Assembly: GCA_044440125.1 (NCBI GenBank)
Contig: JBITAJ010000017.1
Span: 1-64,000, forward strand
DNA from: Sedimentisphaeraceae bacterium JB056
Lineage (GTDB): Bacteria > Planctomycetota > Phycisphaerae > Sedimentisphaerales > Sedimentisphaeraceae
Direction: 5' to 3'
Length of the DNA: 64,000 nucleotides
Shown here: piece after piece, positions 9,852-19,047 of the stretch
Position numbering within the stretch: position 1 is the first letter of the stretch
How the letters are laid out: the number at the start of each line of letters is the position of its first letter
Position numbers and translations under genes: made by a program
The notes under the pieces: generated by a model
What the model was told of the DNA's origin: nothing
The model's input: the letters and a program-made list of their open reading frames with translations, nothing else
Database searches by the model: none

Positions 9852-12560
9852 TTATCCTTTTACTACTGCCTGAGCAGAAGCAAGTCTTGCGATTGGTACG
9901 CGGAATGGTGAGCATGAAACATAGTTCATGCCGCAGTGGTGACAGAACTCAACAGTTGCCGCTTCTCCGCCGTGCTCGCCGCAGATACCTACCTTGAGGG
10001 TCTTGCGTGTGCTGCGACCGAGTTCGATACCCATTTTAACGAGTTTGCCGACACCAGTCTGGTCGAGTACCTGGAATGGGTCTTCTTTATAGATTCCCAT
10101 ATCAACATACTTTCCAGTAAACTTGGCAACGTCATCACGGCTGAAGCCGAGAGTCATCTGAGTAAGATCGTTTGTGCCGAAGCTGAAGAACTGTGCCTCT
10201 TCTGCGATTTCGTCAGCAGTCAGAGCAGCTCTTGGTACTTCAATCATAGTACCAATCTTGTAAGTGATCTTAGCTTTTTTCTCTTTGAGAACGGCCTTGA
10301 TTTCATCTACCACTTCAGTCTTAACGATAGCAAGCTCTTTAACAGAACCTACCAGCGGAATCATGATCTCAGGTATAACCTTCTTCTTAGGTGTGCTTAC
10401 CTTGATAGCCGCTTCAATGATAGCTCTTGCCTGCATGCGGTAAAGCTCAGGGTATGTTACCGCAAGACGGCAGCCACGATGACCGAGCATAGGGTTGAAT
10501 TCATGCAGTTTGCCAACCATATCCTTAACAGCCTTTGGCTTGATGCCGAGAATCTTAGCCATTTCGGCCTGATTCTTCTTATCGTTAGGAAGGAACTCAT
10601 GCAATGGAGGATCAAGCAGACGGACAGTTACCGGCATACCCTTCATCGCCTTGAAGATGCCTTCGAAATCCTTACGCTGATATCCGAGGAGCTTCTTGAG
10701 GGCGCCTTCGAATTTCTTCTTAGTGTCAGCGTATTGAGATGTTATCTCTTTTGCTTCCTTAGCTGTTTCAGAATCAGCAATTTTAGCCTTCATCTCAGCA
10801 TATTCATCTGCAACGAGAATAGCCTGACGAACAGACCAGATTCTATCTTCACCGAAGAACATATGCTCTGTACGGCAAAGGCCGATACCTTCAGCTCCGA
10901 ATTTAACAGCACGTGCCGCATCTTCAGGAGTATCAGCATTTGTACGAACCTTCAGCTTACGAATCTTGTCGCACATAGCCATGAACTTACCGAAGTCTCC
11001 GCTGAGTTTTGGCTCAACTGTTTCGACTTCACCCTTCATAACCTGACCAGAAGAACCGTCAAGGCTGATGATGTCGCCTTGTTTGAATGTCTTTCCGCCA
11101 AGTGTGAATTTCTTTGTCTTTTCGTTGATTGAAAGATCACTAACACCTGCAACACAACATTTACCCATACCACGGGCAACTACTGCTGCGTGAGAAGTCA
11201 TGCCGCCGCGAGCAGTGAGAATACCAACTGCCGCGTCCATACCACCGATATCTTCAGGGCTTGTTTCAAGACGTACAAGGATAACGGTTTTGCCTTCCAT
11301 TCTCCAGTGCTCAGCAGTCTCTGCGTCGAATACTACCTGTCCAACAGCTGCACCCGGTGATGCAGGAAGACCCTTGCCGACTACTTCGCGTTTCGCCTTT
11401 GGTGCAAAACTTGGGTGAAGAAGCATATCGAGCTGCTCAGGAGTAACACGCATAACAGCTTCTTTTTCAGTGATCATTTTTTCCTTGACCATATCCACGG
11501 CAATCTTAATTGCTGCCGCCGCTGTCCTCTTACCATTACGTGTCTGAAGAACATAAAGCTTATTCTGCTGGATAGTGAATTCCATATCCTGCATATCTTT
11601 ATAGTGCTTCTCCATCCTGGTCATAAGAGATGTGAGCTCTTTGTATATCTTCGGCATCACTTTGCCAAGTTTCGGGAGATGTATTGGAGTTCTGATACCC
11701 GCAACAACGTCCTCTCCCTGAGCATTGATAAGGAATTCGCCGTAGAATTCTTTCTTACCTGTACTTGGGTTACGTGTGAAGCAAACACCGGTTCCACAAT
11801 CGTCACCCATGTTGCCGAATGCCATTGCCTGAACGTTTACGGCTGTTCCAAGCAAGTTTTCGATTTTGTTGAGCTTGCGATATTTTATCGCACGTTCGCA
11901 ATCCCATGAGCCGAATACCGCATTGATAGAATGCTTGAGCTGTACTCTTGGATCCTGCGGGAAAGCTTTCTTTACTTCTTTCTTGTATATCTTCTTGTAA
12001 GTTTCAACGACATCCTTAAGCTGGTCTGCATTAAGTTCATTGTCGTTTTCAACACCTGCTTTTTCTTTAGCAGCGTGAAGAGCAGCTTCGAACTTGCTGT
12101 GGTGACAACCCATAACAACGTCACCGAACATGTCGATAAATCTGCGATAGATGTCGTAAACAAAACGCGGGTTGTTTGTCTTTTCAATCAGTCCTTCAAC
12201 AACTGTATCGTTAAGACCAAGATTAAGGACAGTGTCCATCATACCCGGCATAGAAACAGCTGCACCACTTCTTACACTTACGAGCAGAGGATTTGATGGG
12301 TCGCCGAATTTTTGCTCCATTGCTTTTTCAAGCTTAGCAATATTTTTTTCGACTTCTTCTTCCAAGCCGGCAGGCCATTTGCCTTTGTTTTTGTTGTAAT
12401 CGCCACAAACGCTTGTTGCAATAGTAAAGCCTGCTGGAACCGGTACGCCAAGACTTGTCATCTCAGCAAGGTTTGCACCTTTGCCACCAAGCAACTGCTT
12501 CATAGTGGCATCACCTTCGGCTTTCTTATTACCGAAAAAGTAAACCATTTTCTCGGCCAT
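9852..12560 (-). CDS. ppdK: Pyruvate, phosphate dikinase
   Basis: LLGGKGANLAEM, VSVRSGA..SMPGMMDT, GGMTSHAAVVARG (phospho-His), GICGEHGG. Confidence 0.98.
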   Translation of the reverse strand: MAEKMVYFFGNKKAEGDATMKQLLGGKGANLAEMTSLGVPVPAGFTIATSVCGDYNKNKGKWPAGLEEEVEKNIAKLEKAMEQKFGDPSNPLLVSVRSGAAVSMPGMMDTVLNLGLNDTVVEGLIEKTNNPRFVYDIYRRFIDMFGDVVMGCHHSKFEAALHAAKEKAGVENDNELNADQLKDVVETYKKIYKKEVKKAFPQDPRVQLKHSINAVFGSWDCERAIKYRKLNKIENLLGTAVNVQAMAFGNMGDDCGTGVCFTRNPSTGKKEFYGEFLINAQGEDVVAGIRTPIHLPKLGKVMPKIYKELTSLMTRMEKHYKDMQDMEFTIQQNKLYVLQTRNGKRTAAAAIKIAVDMVKEKMITEKEAVMRVTPEQLDMLLHPSFAPKAKREVVGKGLPASPGAAVGQVVFDAETAEHWRMEGKTVILVRLETSPEDIGGMDAAVGILTARGGMTSHAAVVARGMGKCCVAGVSDLSINEKTKKFTLGGKTFKQGDIISLDGSSGQVMKGEVETVEPKLSGDFGKFMAMCDKIRKLKVRTNADTPEDAARAVKFGAEGIGLCRTEHMFFGEDRIWSVRQAILVADEYAEMKAKIADSETAKEAKEITSQYADTKKKFEGALKKLLGYQRKDFEGIFKAMKGMPVTVRLLDPPLHEFLPNDKKNQAEMAKILGIKPKAVKDMVGKLHEFNPMLGHRGCRLAVTYPELYRMQARAIIEAAIKVSTPKKKVIPEIMIPLVGSVKELAIVKTEVVDEIKAVLKEKKAKITYKIGTMIEVPRAALTADEIAEEAQFFSFGTNDLTQMTLGFSRDDVAKFTGKYVDMGIYKEDPFQVLDQTGVGKLVKMGIELGRSTRKTLKVGICGEHGGEAATVEFCHHCGMNYVSCSPFRVPIARLASAQAVVKG

Positions 12561-12807
12561 AATAAAACTCCTGTTAATTTACATAATTAAGTTTAGTAAG
12601 TCGTGGGATGTAAAACCTCACAACACTCGGTCTATTGAAAACCCTAAAGTATAATGGTATTTACAATTATGTCAATATTTTGGTTGGTTAAATATGCCAT
12701 TAAAATGCATTTAAGAGGTGTTTTGTGTGCCGGAGCATACAAAAGTGTATTTTTTAGGGAGACGTCTACAATTTTGGTTGAAAAATTGCCCGAGAAACCT
12801 TGGAAGC

Positions 12808-13875
12808 CTACTTGTGTATCTTTTCTCTCAACGATGTCGGGTTCTGTGCATTGTTAAGGCATGTGTCGTATGAGATCTCTCCGTTTTGATATAATTCTAT
12901 CAAAGTGTCATCCATTGAGTGCATTCCACGACGGCGTCCTGTTTGTATTACGTTTATCAACTGGTGGAATTCTTTGTCCCGTATATGTTTCCTTGCGGGG
13001 GCGTCTATTAGAATAAGTTCAGTTGCGAGTATTACGCTTTTCTTGTCGCTGCTTGGTACAAGTCTTTGAGCAATGACTCCTCGCAGACAGTTTGCCAATT
13101 GGGTGACGATTTGTGACTGTTGGTTGTCGGGGAATATCGATACGATTCTTTCTATCGTTTGATATGCGTTGGGGGTGTGACAAGTTGCTATTACGAGGTG
13201 ACCGGTTTCTGCGGCGGTCAGCGCGGTTGCTGTAGTGTCTAAATCTCGCATTTCACCGACACAAATTACATCAGGGTCTTGCCGCAATACGTGAATGAGA
13301 GCTTTCGAAAAAGTTTTCACATCGGTGTGGACTTCCTGCTGCACGATGATTGCTTTTTTGCGAGAGTGTATGTATTCGATTGGATCTTCAATTGTTATGA
13401 TTTTGCAGCGTCGTTCACTGTTTATCAGGTCTATCATATAATTGAGTGTAGTTGTCTTGCCGCTGCCGGTTGGACCGGTTACGAGTACGAGGCCACCTGC
13501 GTATCTTGTGAGCTCTTCAATCTGCTCGGGCAGTCGCAGGTCTTCACGTGTTTTGATATGATCGGTAACAGGGCGGATAGACATCTCCGGATTGCTGTTT
13601 TGGTTGTAGATCGAGACGCGGAACCTTCCGAACTCATCGTCGAGTACGCTGCAGCAGAGCTGCCAATCCTTTTCAAATATAGCCTTCTGCTCATCATTCA
13701 TTAAACAGTAGCAAAGTCTCTTTGTGTCTTCAGGCTGCAAGGGAGGATAGTCTGCCAGTATGATATCGCCATTGATGCGAAGAAGAGGCGGCAGCTTTGC
13801 TACGATATGAATATCAGATGCATTGTAACGTCGTGCAAGTGCCATGATACTTCTGAGGTCTCTTGGTAGTGCCAT
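12808..13875 (-). CDS. pilT: PilT/PilU-family type IV pilus/secretion ATPase
   Basis: ASDIHI, Walker A GPTGSGKTTT, Asp box TIEDPIEY, LRQDPDVICVGEMRD, His box TGHLVIATCHT. Confidence 0.88.
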   Translation of the reverse strand: MALPRDLRSIMALARRYNASDIHIVAKLPPLLRINGDIILADYPPLQPEDTKRLCYCLMNDEQKAIFEKDWQLCCSVLDDEFGRFRVSIYNQNSNPEMSIRPVTDHIKTREDLRLPEQIEELTRYAGGLVLVTGPTGSGKTTTLNYMIDLINSERRCKIITIEDPIEYIHSRKKAIIVQQEVHTDVKTFSKALIHVLRQDPDVICVGEMRDLDTTATALTAAETGHLVIATCHTPNAYQTIERIVSIFPDNQQSQIVTQLANCLRGVIAQRLVPSSDKKSVILATELILIDAPARKHIRDKEFHQLINVIQTGRRRGMHSMDDTLIELYQNGEISYDTCLNNAQNPTSLREKIHK

Positions 13876-13902
13876 CCGGGTCTCCTGTTTTTTTGTCTGA
13901 TT

Positions 13903-14664
13903 TTATCTGAAAAGGCTTATGCGTCTGAAGATACCTTTTTTTCTACTTTTACTGAGCATTTTCTTGGCTTCATTCCACTCCTGGCGAAGCGTGAGACAAT
14001 GTTCAAATGCCTGGAAACTATCGCCTGATTTACCGAGATAACGTGCCATGCCAAGTTCGTACCATACCAGAGGAGATTTTGGCAAAAGCACAGATGCTCT
14101 GGTCAACTTATCTATTGCCGAGATATACTTTTTGTATCTGAGCATGATTCTGCCGGCACATAACAGGGTGTAGCCTTTGTTGCTTTCTGGAATATTGACA
14201 GCTTTTTCTATGCAGCTTTCAGCTATTGCAGTCTTCTTTTGTGCCATTATCTCTGCGCGAACGAGCCATACAAGCGGTGTTATATCTTTTTTCGATATTG
14301 CATTATCCGAGTATGCGAGTGCTTTTTCAAAATAGGCATTGCGAAAGCAGGCCTGAGCCTTGGCGGCCATCAGAGCAGCGTTTGAGGGGAATATCTCGAG
14401 AGCCTTATCGGACCACATCTGTGCTTCGTTGTATTCCTGAAGCTCTATGAGCATACGAATCTGAGCTTCCCATGAATCCAGAAAGTTTACGTTTTCCTCA
14501 ACTGAACGGGAGTAGTTTCTCAGGGCAGATTCGAAATCACCGGCAAGCTCCATTCTCATTCCCTTCTTATAGAAGAAGCCGGCATCCCGGAGTTGTTCGC
14601 CGCCGGGGCCTTCCTGCCCTTTTGAGGCATGTTCCTGAAATTCCAGTCTTTCGAAGCGTTTCAT
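13903..14664 (-). CDS. Tetratricopeptide-repeat protein
   Basis: Repeated ~34-aa helical units with G/A..Y..A periodicity (GDFESALRNYSRSVE; EYNEAQMWSDKALEIFP). Confidence 0.8.
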   Translation of the reverse strand: MKRFERLEFQEHASKGQEGPGGEQLRDAGFFYKKGMRMELAGDFESALRNYSRSVEENVNFLDSWEAQIRMLIELQEYNEAQMWSDKALEIFPSNAALMAAKAQACFRNAYFEKALAYSDNAISKKDITPLVWLVRAEIMAQKKTAIAESCIEKAVNIPESNKGYTLLCAGRIMLRYKKYISAIDKLTRASVLLPKSPLVWYELGMARYLGKSGDSFQAFEHCLTLRQEWNEAKKMLSKSRKKGIFRRISLFR

Positions 14665-14670
14665 CGGTGA

Positions 14671-15675
14671 TCAGTCTCCTAAAAACGATCTTTCACGCCA
14701 CGGCTGCCATTTTGCCACTACCACGGCGGTTATCTCATTAGAATTTAATTTAGATACATTCATAATCATGCCCGTAGGCGTTGCATTATTTGTTCTGTAA
14801 TTAAGGTTAACAAAATATTCAGATTCTCCAAGTGTAATTTTGAATTTATTCTTACTGTGGAAAGATTGAGGTGAGTATTTTTCCTTATCCAGCGGTTGGC
14901 CGTTCAGGGTAAACTGCATGTCTTTCAATTCTAAAGTGTCGCCACTTATCGCTATAACTTGCCCGACAATTTTACCCATATCTCTACGACTTTCGGTTGG
15001 GAATATTTCATACTCTAAGCTTTCTTCTACATATATTGACGGTACAACAACTACATCGTCGCGTTCAACGATGGGGGAGTTTTCTCTATGGGCTATCAAG
15101 TAATCGTTGGCGTTTATCGAAGCAGAAGGCATATTGAAAGTTGCAATACAGCCCTGAAGATCAAGAATTCTCGACCATGTTATGGGTATGTACAGATAGT
15201 AGAGTATCAGGATGGCGAGCAGGTTGCTCCCGAGTCTTTCAGGCAGGGTAGGGCTTAGCAAGGTTGAGTCAATCATTATATATGCATGGGTTGCGATTGC
15301 CGAAAGCAGAAAGAATGCGCCCCATTGTGTACCAATACCGTGAATACCTATCAGAAGTACAACAAGCCATAACGCTGCTATCTTCCATATCTTTTGAAAG
15401 CGTTTCTGGAGGAGGTGGGCAAGGCCTGGAATCAGTGATTCGATCAATGCTACCATTGTGTCGAATGATATGAACTCAAGCCAGTCGGGTATGAATTGGC
15501 TGGTGCTTAAGCCGCTGCGTCTGAGTCCACGCAAAGTTTTTCGCAGCGGTTTTTTCCAACGGCTCATTCGCGGTGGATGCACATCAATCAAGCCCGGTGC
15601 TTCAAGCATGCAACCGCACTGAAAGCATTTGGTTTGACCGGGTATATTTTCAAATTTACAATTAGGACATTGCAT
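14671..15675 (-). CDS. Zinc-ribbon, multi-TM protein with a C-terminal signal peptidase I (S26)-like domain
   Basis: CPNC..N.PG..KCFQCG; IPGLAHL membrane segment; VIAISGDTLEL..FTLNGQPL, EYFV and WQPW resemble LepB boxes. Confidence 0.6.
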   Translation of the reverse strand: MQCPNCKFENIPGQTKCFQCGCMLEAPGLIDVHPPRMSRWKKPLRKTLRGLRRSGLSTSQFIPDWLEFISFDTMVALIESLIPGLAHLLQKRFQKIWKIAALWLVVLLIGIHGIGTQWGAFFLLSAIATHAYIMIDSTLLSPTLPERLGSNLLAILILYYLYIPITWSRILDLQGCIATFNMPSASINANDYLIAHRENSPIVERDDVVVVPSIYVEESLEYEIFPTESRRDMGKIVGQVIAISGDTLELKDMQFTLNGQPLDKEKYSPQSFHSKNKFKITLGESEYFVNLNYRTNNATPTGMIMNVSKLNSNEITAVVVAKWQPWRERSFLGD

Positions 15676-15700
15676 ATTCTAAAAACAGATAAACTCTTAC

Positions 15701-15913
15701 TTATCCGTTGTTGTTTAATTCTTGTTTGAGTTTAGTTCTGCTTACTTGTTCGGGTTCGTAGTATTCACTTGTAAGCTTCTGGTCTTCGAGGTTTCCGATG
15801 ATACTCTGGAGCCATTGTGCGTACTCAAGACATGCTTTGCCCTTGGCTCCTTTGACGTGAACTTTCACCTTGCCGTCTTTGCCGATTTTTATCTCTATAT
15901 CGTGTTGAGCCAT
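15701..15913 (-). CDS. DUF2997-like small protein
   Basis: IEIKIGKDGKVKVHVKGAKGKAC...LTSEYY pattern; lies next to DUF1257-like and AAA genes. Confidence 0.8.
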   Translation of the reverse strand: MAQHDIEIKIGKDGKVKVHVKGAKGKACLEYAQWLQSIIGNLEDQKLTSEYYEPEQVSRTKLKQELNNNG

Positions 15914-15914
15914 A

Positions 15915-16391
15915 TCAGTCCGTCCATTTTCTTACATTAATTCTTATGCTCTGGTCATCTTCGACCTTTTGGTCAACGATTTGGAATTTTTTGTTCTTAA
16001 GTTCACTGACAACTTTGTTGTAAACATAACACTGTGTGAATTTTTCTGTGAACTGCTCTGCTTTTTCCCTTAATTCTTCGTCAGAGAAGCCTTTTCCCGA
16101 TGCGCATATGCTGCATTTGCCTCTTTCATCGCGTTTTACAACGAGTTTTATGCCTTCTTCCGAGCTGAATTCCAGTTGCTGATCTTCAGATAGATTTTCC
16201 GCAACTCCGGTTTCTTCGGCCAGTTCCATTTCAATAGAGTGTTCTACTTCTTCCTCTTCTGTGTTTTTGATCGCCTCTTCGATTGATTCTTTGGCATGGA
16301 GGCCTACATATGCTGCCGCGGCACCGGCGGCACCGGCAATGGCGGGCCAGCTTCCAATTATAACAGGAGCTAAAATAATTACAGTACTCAT
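15915..16391 (-). CDS. DUF1257 (Ycf35)-like protein with hydrophobic Gly/Ala-rich N-terminus
   Basis: C-terminal Q.Y.YNKV..EL...FQIV...EDDQSIRINVRKW pattern; gene context. Confidence 0.7.
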   Translation of the reverse strand: MSTVIILAPVIIGSWPAIAGAAGAAAAYVGLHAKESIEEAIKNTEEEEVEHSIEMELAEETGVAENLSEDQQLEFSSEEGIKLVVKRDERGKCSICASGKGFSDEELREKAEQFTEKFTQCYVYNKVVSELKNKKFQIVDQKVEDDQSIRINVRKWTD

Positions 16392-16429
16392 AATTTTATC
16401 CTTATAATAACAGTAATATTAGAACTATC

Positions 16430-18004
16430 TTATTTTCCAGTGTCTGCCGGTGCAGAAAGCTGTGGACTGGTTGCCTGTCTTGCTCTTGAATCAGCCCATT
16501 TTCTAAGCTTGTCTATGTCTTCACTCATCGTTCGCGACAGCGGGACGGCTTGTCTTAAACCTGCCAGGAAGTGCTCGGTGGTGAAGTCGCTCTTATCGTA
16601 AAAAACATCAAACATTGCGCTGATTATGGCTTCCTCTATTTCGGCACCGCTGAAACCTTCACTGTTCTCTGCCAATGCATCCAAATCGAGGTTCTCGGTG
16701 TTGATATTGCGTTTACTCAAATGTATCTCAAAGATTTTTTTTCGTTCATTGACCGATGGCAGGTCAACGAAGAATATTTCATCGAAGCGTCCTTTACGCA
16801 GAAGCTCCGGTGGAAGGGCAGAGATGTTATTAGCTGTTGCGACTACAAATACCGGAGATGTCTTTTCTGAAAGCCATGTCAGGAATGTGCCGAACACCCT
16901 TGCCGATGTTCCTCCATCGCTGCCTCCGGTACTCTTGGAATCTTTGAAGGCTTTGTCTATCTCGTCAACCCAGAATATAGCCGGAGCGATGGATTCGGCT
17001 ACTTTAATTGCTCGTCTCATATTATCCTCTGACGAACCAACCAGCGAGCCGAACACTTGACCTATGTCGAAGCGAAGTAGCGGCAGATGCCAGATATTGC
17101 TGACAGTCTTGGCTACGAGACTCTTGCCGCAGCCTTGCACGCCAAGAAGAAGCACGCCTTTGGGAGCCGGCAGGCCGAATGCCCTTGCGTCTTCGCTGAA
17201 AGCTTTGCCGCGTTTGAAGAGCCAGTCCTTGAGCATGTCGAGACCGCCTACTGTCTCGAATCTTTCTTTTGAATCGTAGAATTGCAGCAAGCCGCTCTTA
17301 CGTATGATTTGTTTCTTTTCCCTGTTTATCACTTCAAGGCTGTTTTCGTCAAACTTGCGGTTATAAACAAGTGTCTTGGCGAGTACGTTTTCAGCTTCGT
17401 TGAGAGTGAGTCCGAGCATGGCATGGATGATGTTTTCTCGGGTTTGATTTGCCATACGGACGTCTAATTTAGGGTTGTCTCTTACTTCCTGAACGATTCC
17501 ATCAAGAAGTGCGGTAAATTCCTGTTTGCCAGGAAGTGAAAAATCGACCACGGTGATGTCTTTTTCCAGCTCATCAGGTATCTGAAACATCGGACTTACG
17601 ATTACTATCGTCTTGTAAGTGTTTTTAAGTGAAGCCGCTACTTCACGAAGCCTTCTTACTATCGCCATATTTTCGCATTTGAGAAACGGGTGGAAATCCT
17701 TGAATATATAAAGAGCCGGTTCCACATCCTCTATCACTGAATCAAGTGCTACAAGCGGGTCCTGACTGTGATCTTTGTCGTTCTTTCTGGTTTGTATGGA
17801 GGTGCCTGCGGGTACAAGGCCTGTTGTTACCGACCACTCAAAAACTCTTTTGTTGAGCCTTGATGCAATCCGTGTGACCTGACTGACAACCCTGTGCTCT
17901 TCCCAGCTTACGACGTAAAGCAGGGGATACCTTGAGCGTATGAGCACTTCAAGTTCGTTGGGTGTTCTTTTCCTGACTTGCTGTTTCTGAACTGCTGTTG
18001 TCAT
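16430..18004 (-). CDS. Ycf46-like AAA+ ATPase
   Basis: LIRSRYPLLYVVSWEEHR N-terminus, KDFH, Walker A GVQGCGKS, Walker B WVDEIDK, LPPELLRKGRFDEIFFVDLP. Confidence 0.9.
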   Translation of the reverse strand: MTTAVQKQQVRKRTPNELEVLIRSRYPLLYVVSWEEHRVVSQVTRIASRLNKRVFEWSVTTGLVPAGTSIQTRKNDKDHSQDPLVALDSVIEDVEPALYIFKDFHPFLKCENMAIVRRLREVAASLKNTYKTIVIVSPMFQIPDELEKDITVVDFSLPGKQEFTALLDGIVQEVRDNPKLDVRMANQTRENIIHAMLGLTLNEAENVLAKTLVYNRKFDENSLEVINREKKQIIRKSGLLQFYDSKERFETVGGLDMLKDWLFKRGKAFSEDARAFGLPAPKGVLLLGVQGCGKSLVAKTVSNIWHLPLLRFDIGQVFGSLVGSSEDNMRRAIKVAESIAPAIFWVDEIDKAFKDSKSTGGSDGGTSARVFGTFLTWLSEKTSPVFVVATANNISALPPELLRKGRFDEIFFVDLPSVNERKKIFEIHLSKRNINTENLDLDALAENSEGFSGAEIEEAIISAMFDVFYDKSDFTTEHFLAGLRQAVPLSRTMSEDIDKLRKWADSRARQATSPQLSAPADTGK

Positions 18005-18146
18005 TAGGTATGCTCTCCTTTACTTTGTTTTGATTGTTAGCGGTTATGGTCTCTACTGCCTCCAGTAATTCTCCGTCAGGTGCGACAAGAACTATTTTGC
18101 CGTCCCTTAATATACGAAGTTCCATATTTATTTTGGTTTGCACCAT
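17949..18146 (-). CDS. Small hypothetical protein overlapping the AAA start
   Basis: 65-aa ORF on the operon strand filling the gap between radical SAM and AAA genes; GAGG upstream. Confidence 0.4.
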   Translation of the reverse strand: MVQTKINMELRILRDGKIVLVAPDGELLEAVETITANNQNKVKESIPNDNSSSETASQEKNTQRT

Positions 18147-18164
18147 GCTACACCATTAAACCTC

Positions 18165-18187
18165 AGGCCGTGAAAATCCTACGGCCT
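18165..18187. other. Intra-operon hairpin without U tract
   Basis: aggccgtg-aaaatcc-tacggcct inverted repeat. Confidence 0.55.
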
Positions 18188-18225
18188 TCCTTAATTGACA
18201 GTACTTATAATATCTTTACATATTA

Positions 18226-19047
18226 TTATGTGATAATGTTCATTGTTTTATTGGTAATGATCTTTTCCGCTTCTTTTTTTTCTTTATCGCATAGATAGCC
18301 TTCCGGGCAGTTATTACGCTCCGGAAAAGGTGTATAGTTGTATCTTGGGCTGAATTCCACGTCTGGAAGCTCGTTTTTTAGCCACTCGACGATTGGTTTG
18401 AAACAGCAGTCTATATGACCGGGCATTATCAGATGGCGTACTATTATTCTTTTGCGATTTGCGGCCTGTTTGATTCTCTTTATTGCCACTTTGCGATAGT
18501 TTTCAGCTTGCAGGATATTTGTGCAGCAGTTTGCAGCCCAGCATTTGAAGTCTGCGAGATAAATATCTGTAAATTCTGATGACATGTCTCCAACTACTGA
18601 ATTATAGTACATGTTGGAATTCCATACGATAGGATTTTTGAAGTTTTCGCAGGACAAAAATTCTATGATAGCCCCGAAATTCACAGCGGGTTCACCGCCA
18701 AGCAGGTTGAGGCTTGATGTGTTCTGTTCCTGCTGTTTTACCGCAGCCGCGACTTTTTTGATTGGCATCCCGTTTTCGGGGACGTTTAAGTTGAAATTTT
18801 CAACACTGCAATAGCTGCATCTGAGATTGCAGCCGGCAAAGTATACCTGATGCGAAGGGTTGAGGCCGCTTTCTTCGTAATTGTTTATCATTTCGCGGAT
18901 TATCACTCCGCTGCCGGATATGCCGCAGAAACCCTTCTCGCCTTTAAGCCTGTTTACGCCGCAATTCCGCGGGCAAAGCTTGCAATTTTCAAGTTCCTTC
19001 GATATATTCTGACCAAGACTTAGAATTTTATCTGAATCAATGTGCAT
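18226..19047 (-). CDS. Radical SAM protein, PflX-like
   Basis: N-terminal CKLCPRNCGVNR..GEKGFCG, CNLRCSYC (CxxxCxxC), GGEP, WNSNMY, DIYLADFK, VRHLIMPGH. Confidence 0.85.
   Translation of the reverse strand: MHIDSDKILSLGQNISKELENCKLCPRNCGVNRLKGEKGFCGISGSGVIIREMINNYEESGLNPSHQVYFAGCNLRCSYCSVENFNLNVPENGMPIKKVAAAVKQQEQNTSSLNLLGGEPAVNFGAIIEFLSCENFKNPIVWNSNMYYNSVVGDMSSEFTDIYLADFKCWAANCCTNILQAENYRKVAIKRIKQAANRKRIIVRHLIMPGHIDCCFKPIVEWLKNELPDVEFSPRYNYTPFPERNNCPEGYLCDKEKKEAEKIITNKTMNIIT

Noticed and set aside
9936..11132. 398-aa plus-strand ORF
   Set aside because: Antisense shadow of the strongly codon-biased ppdK; no recognisable motifs
18226..19047. RiPP maturase of SPASM type
   Set aside because: No C-terminal SPASM/twitch Cys cluster; motifs fit the PflX-like family
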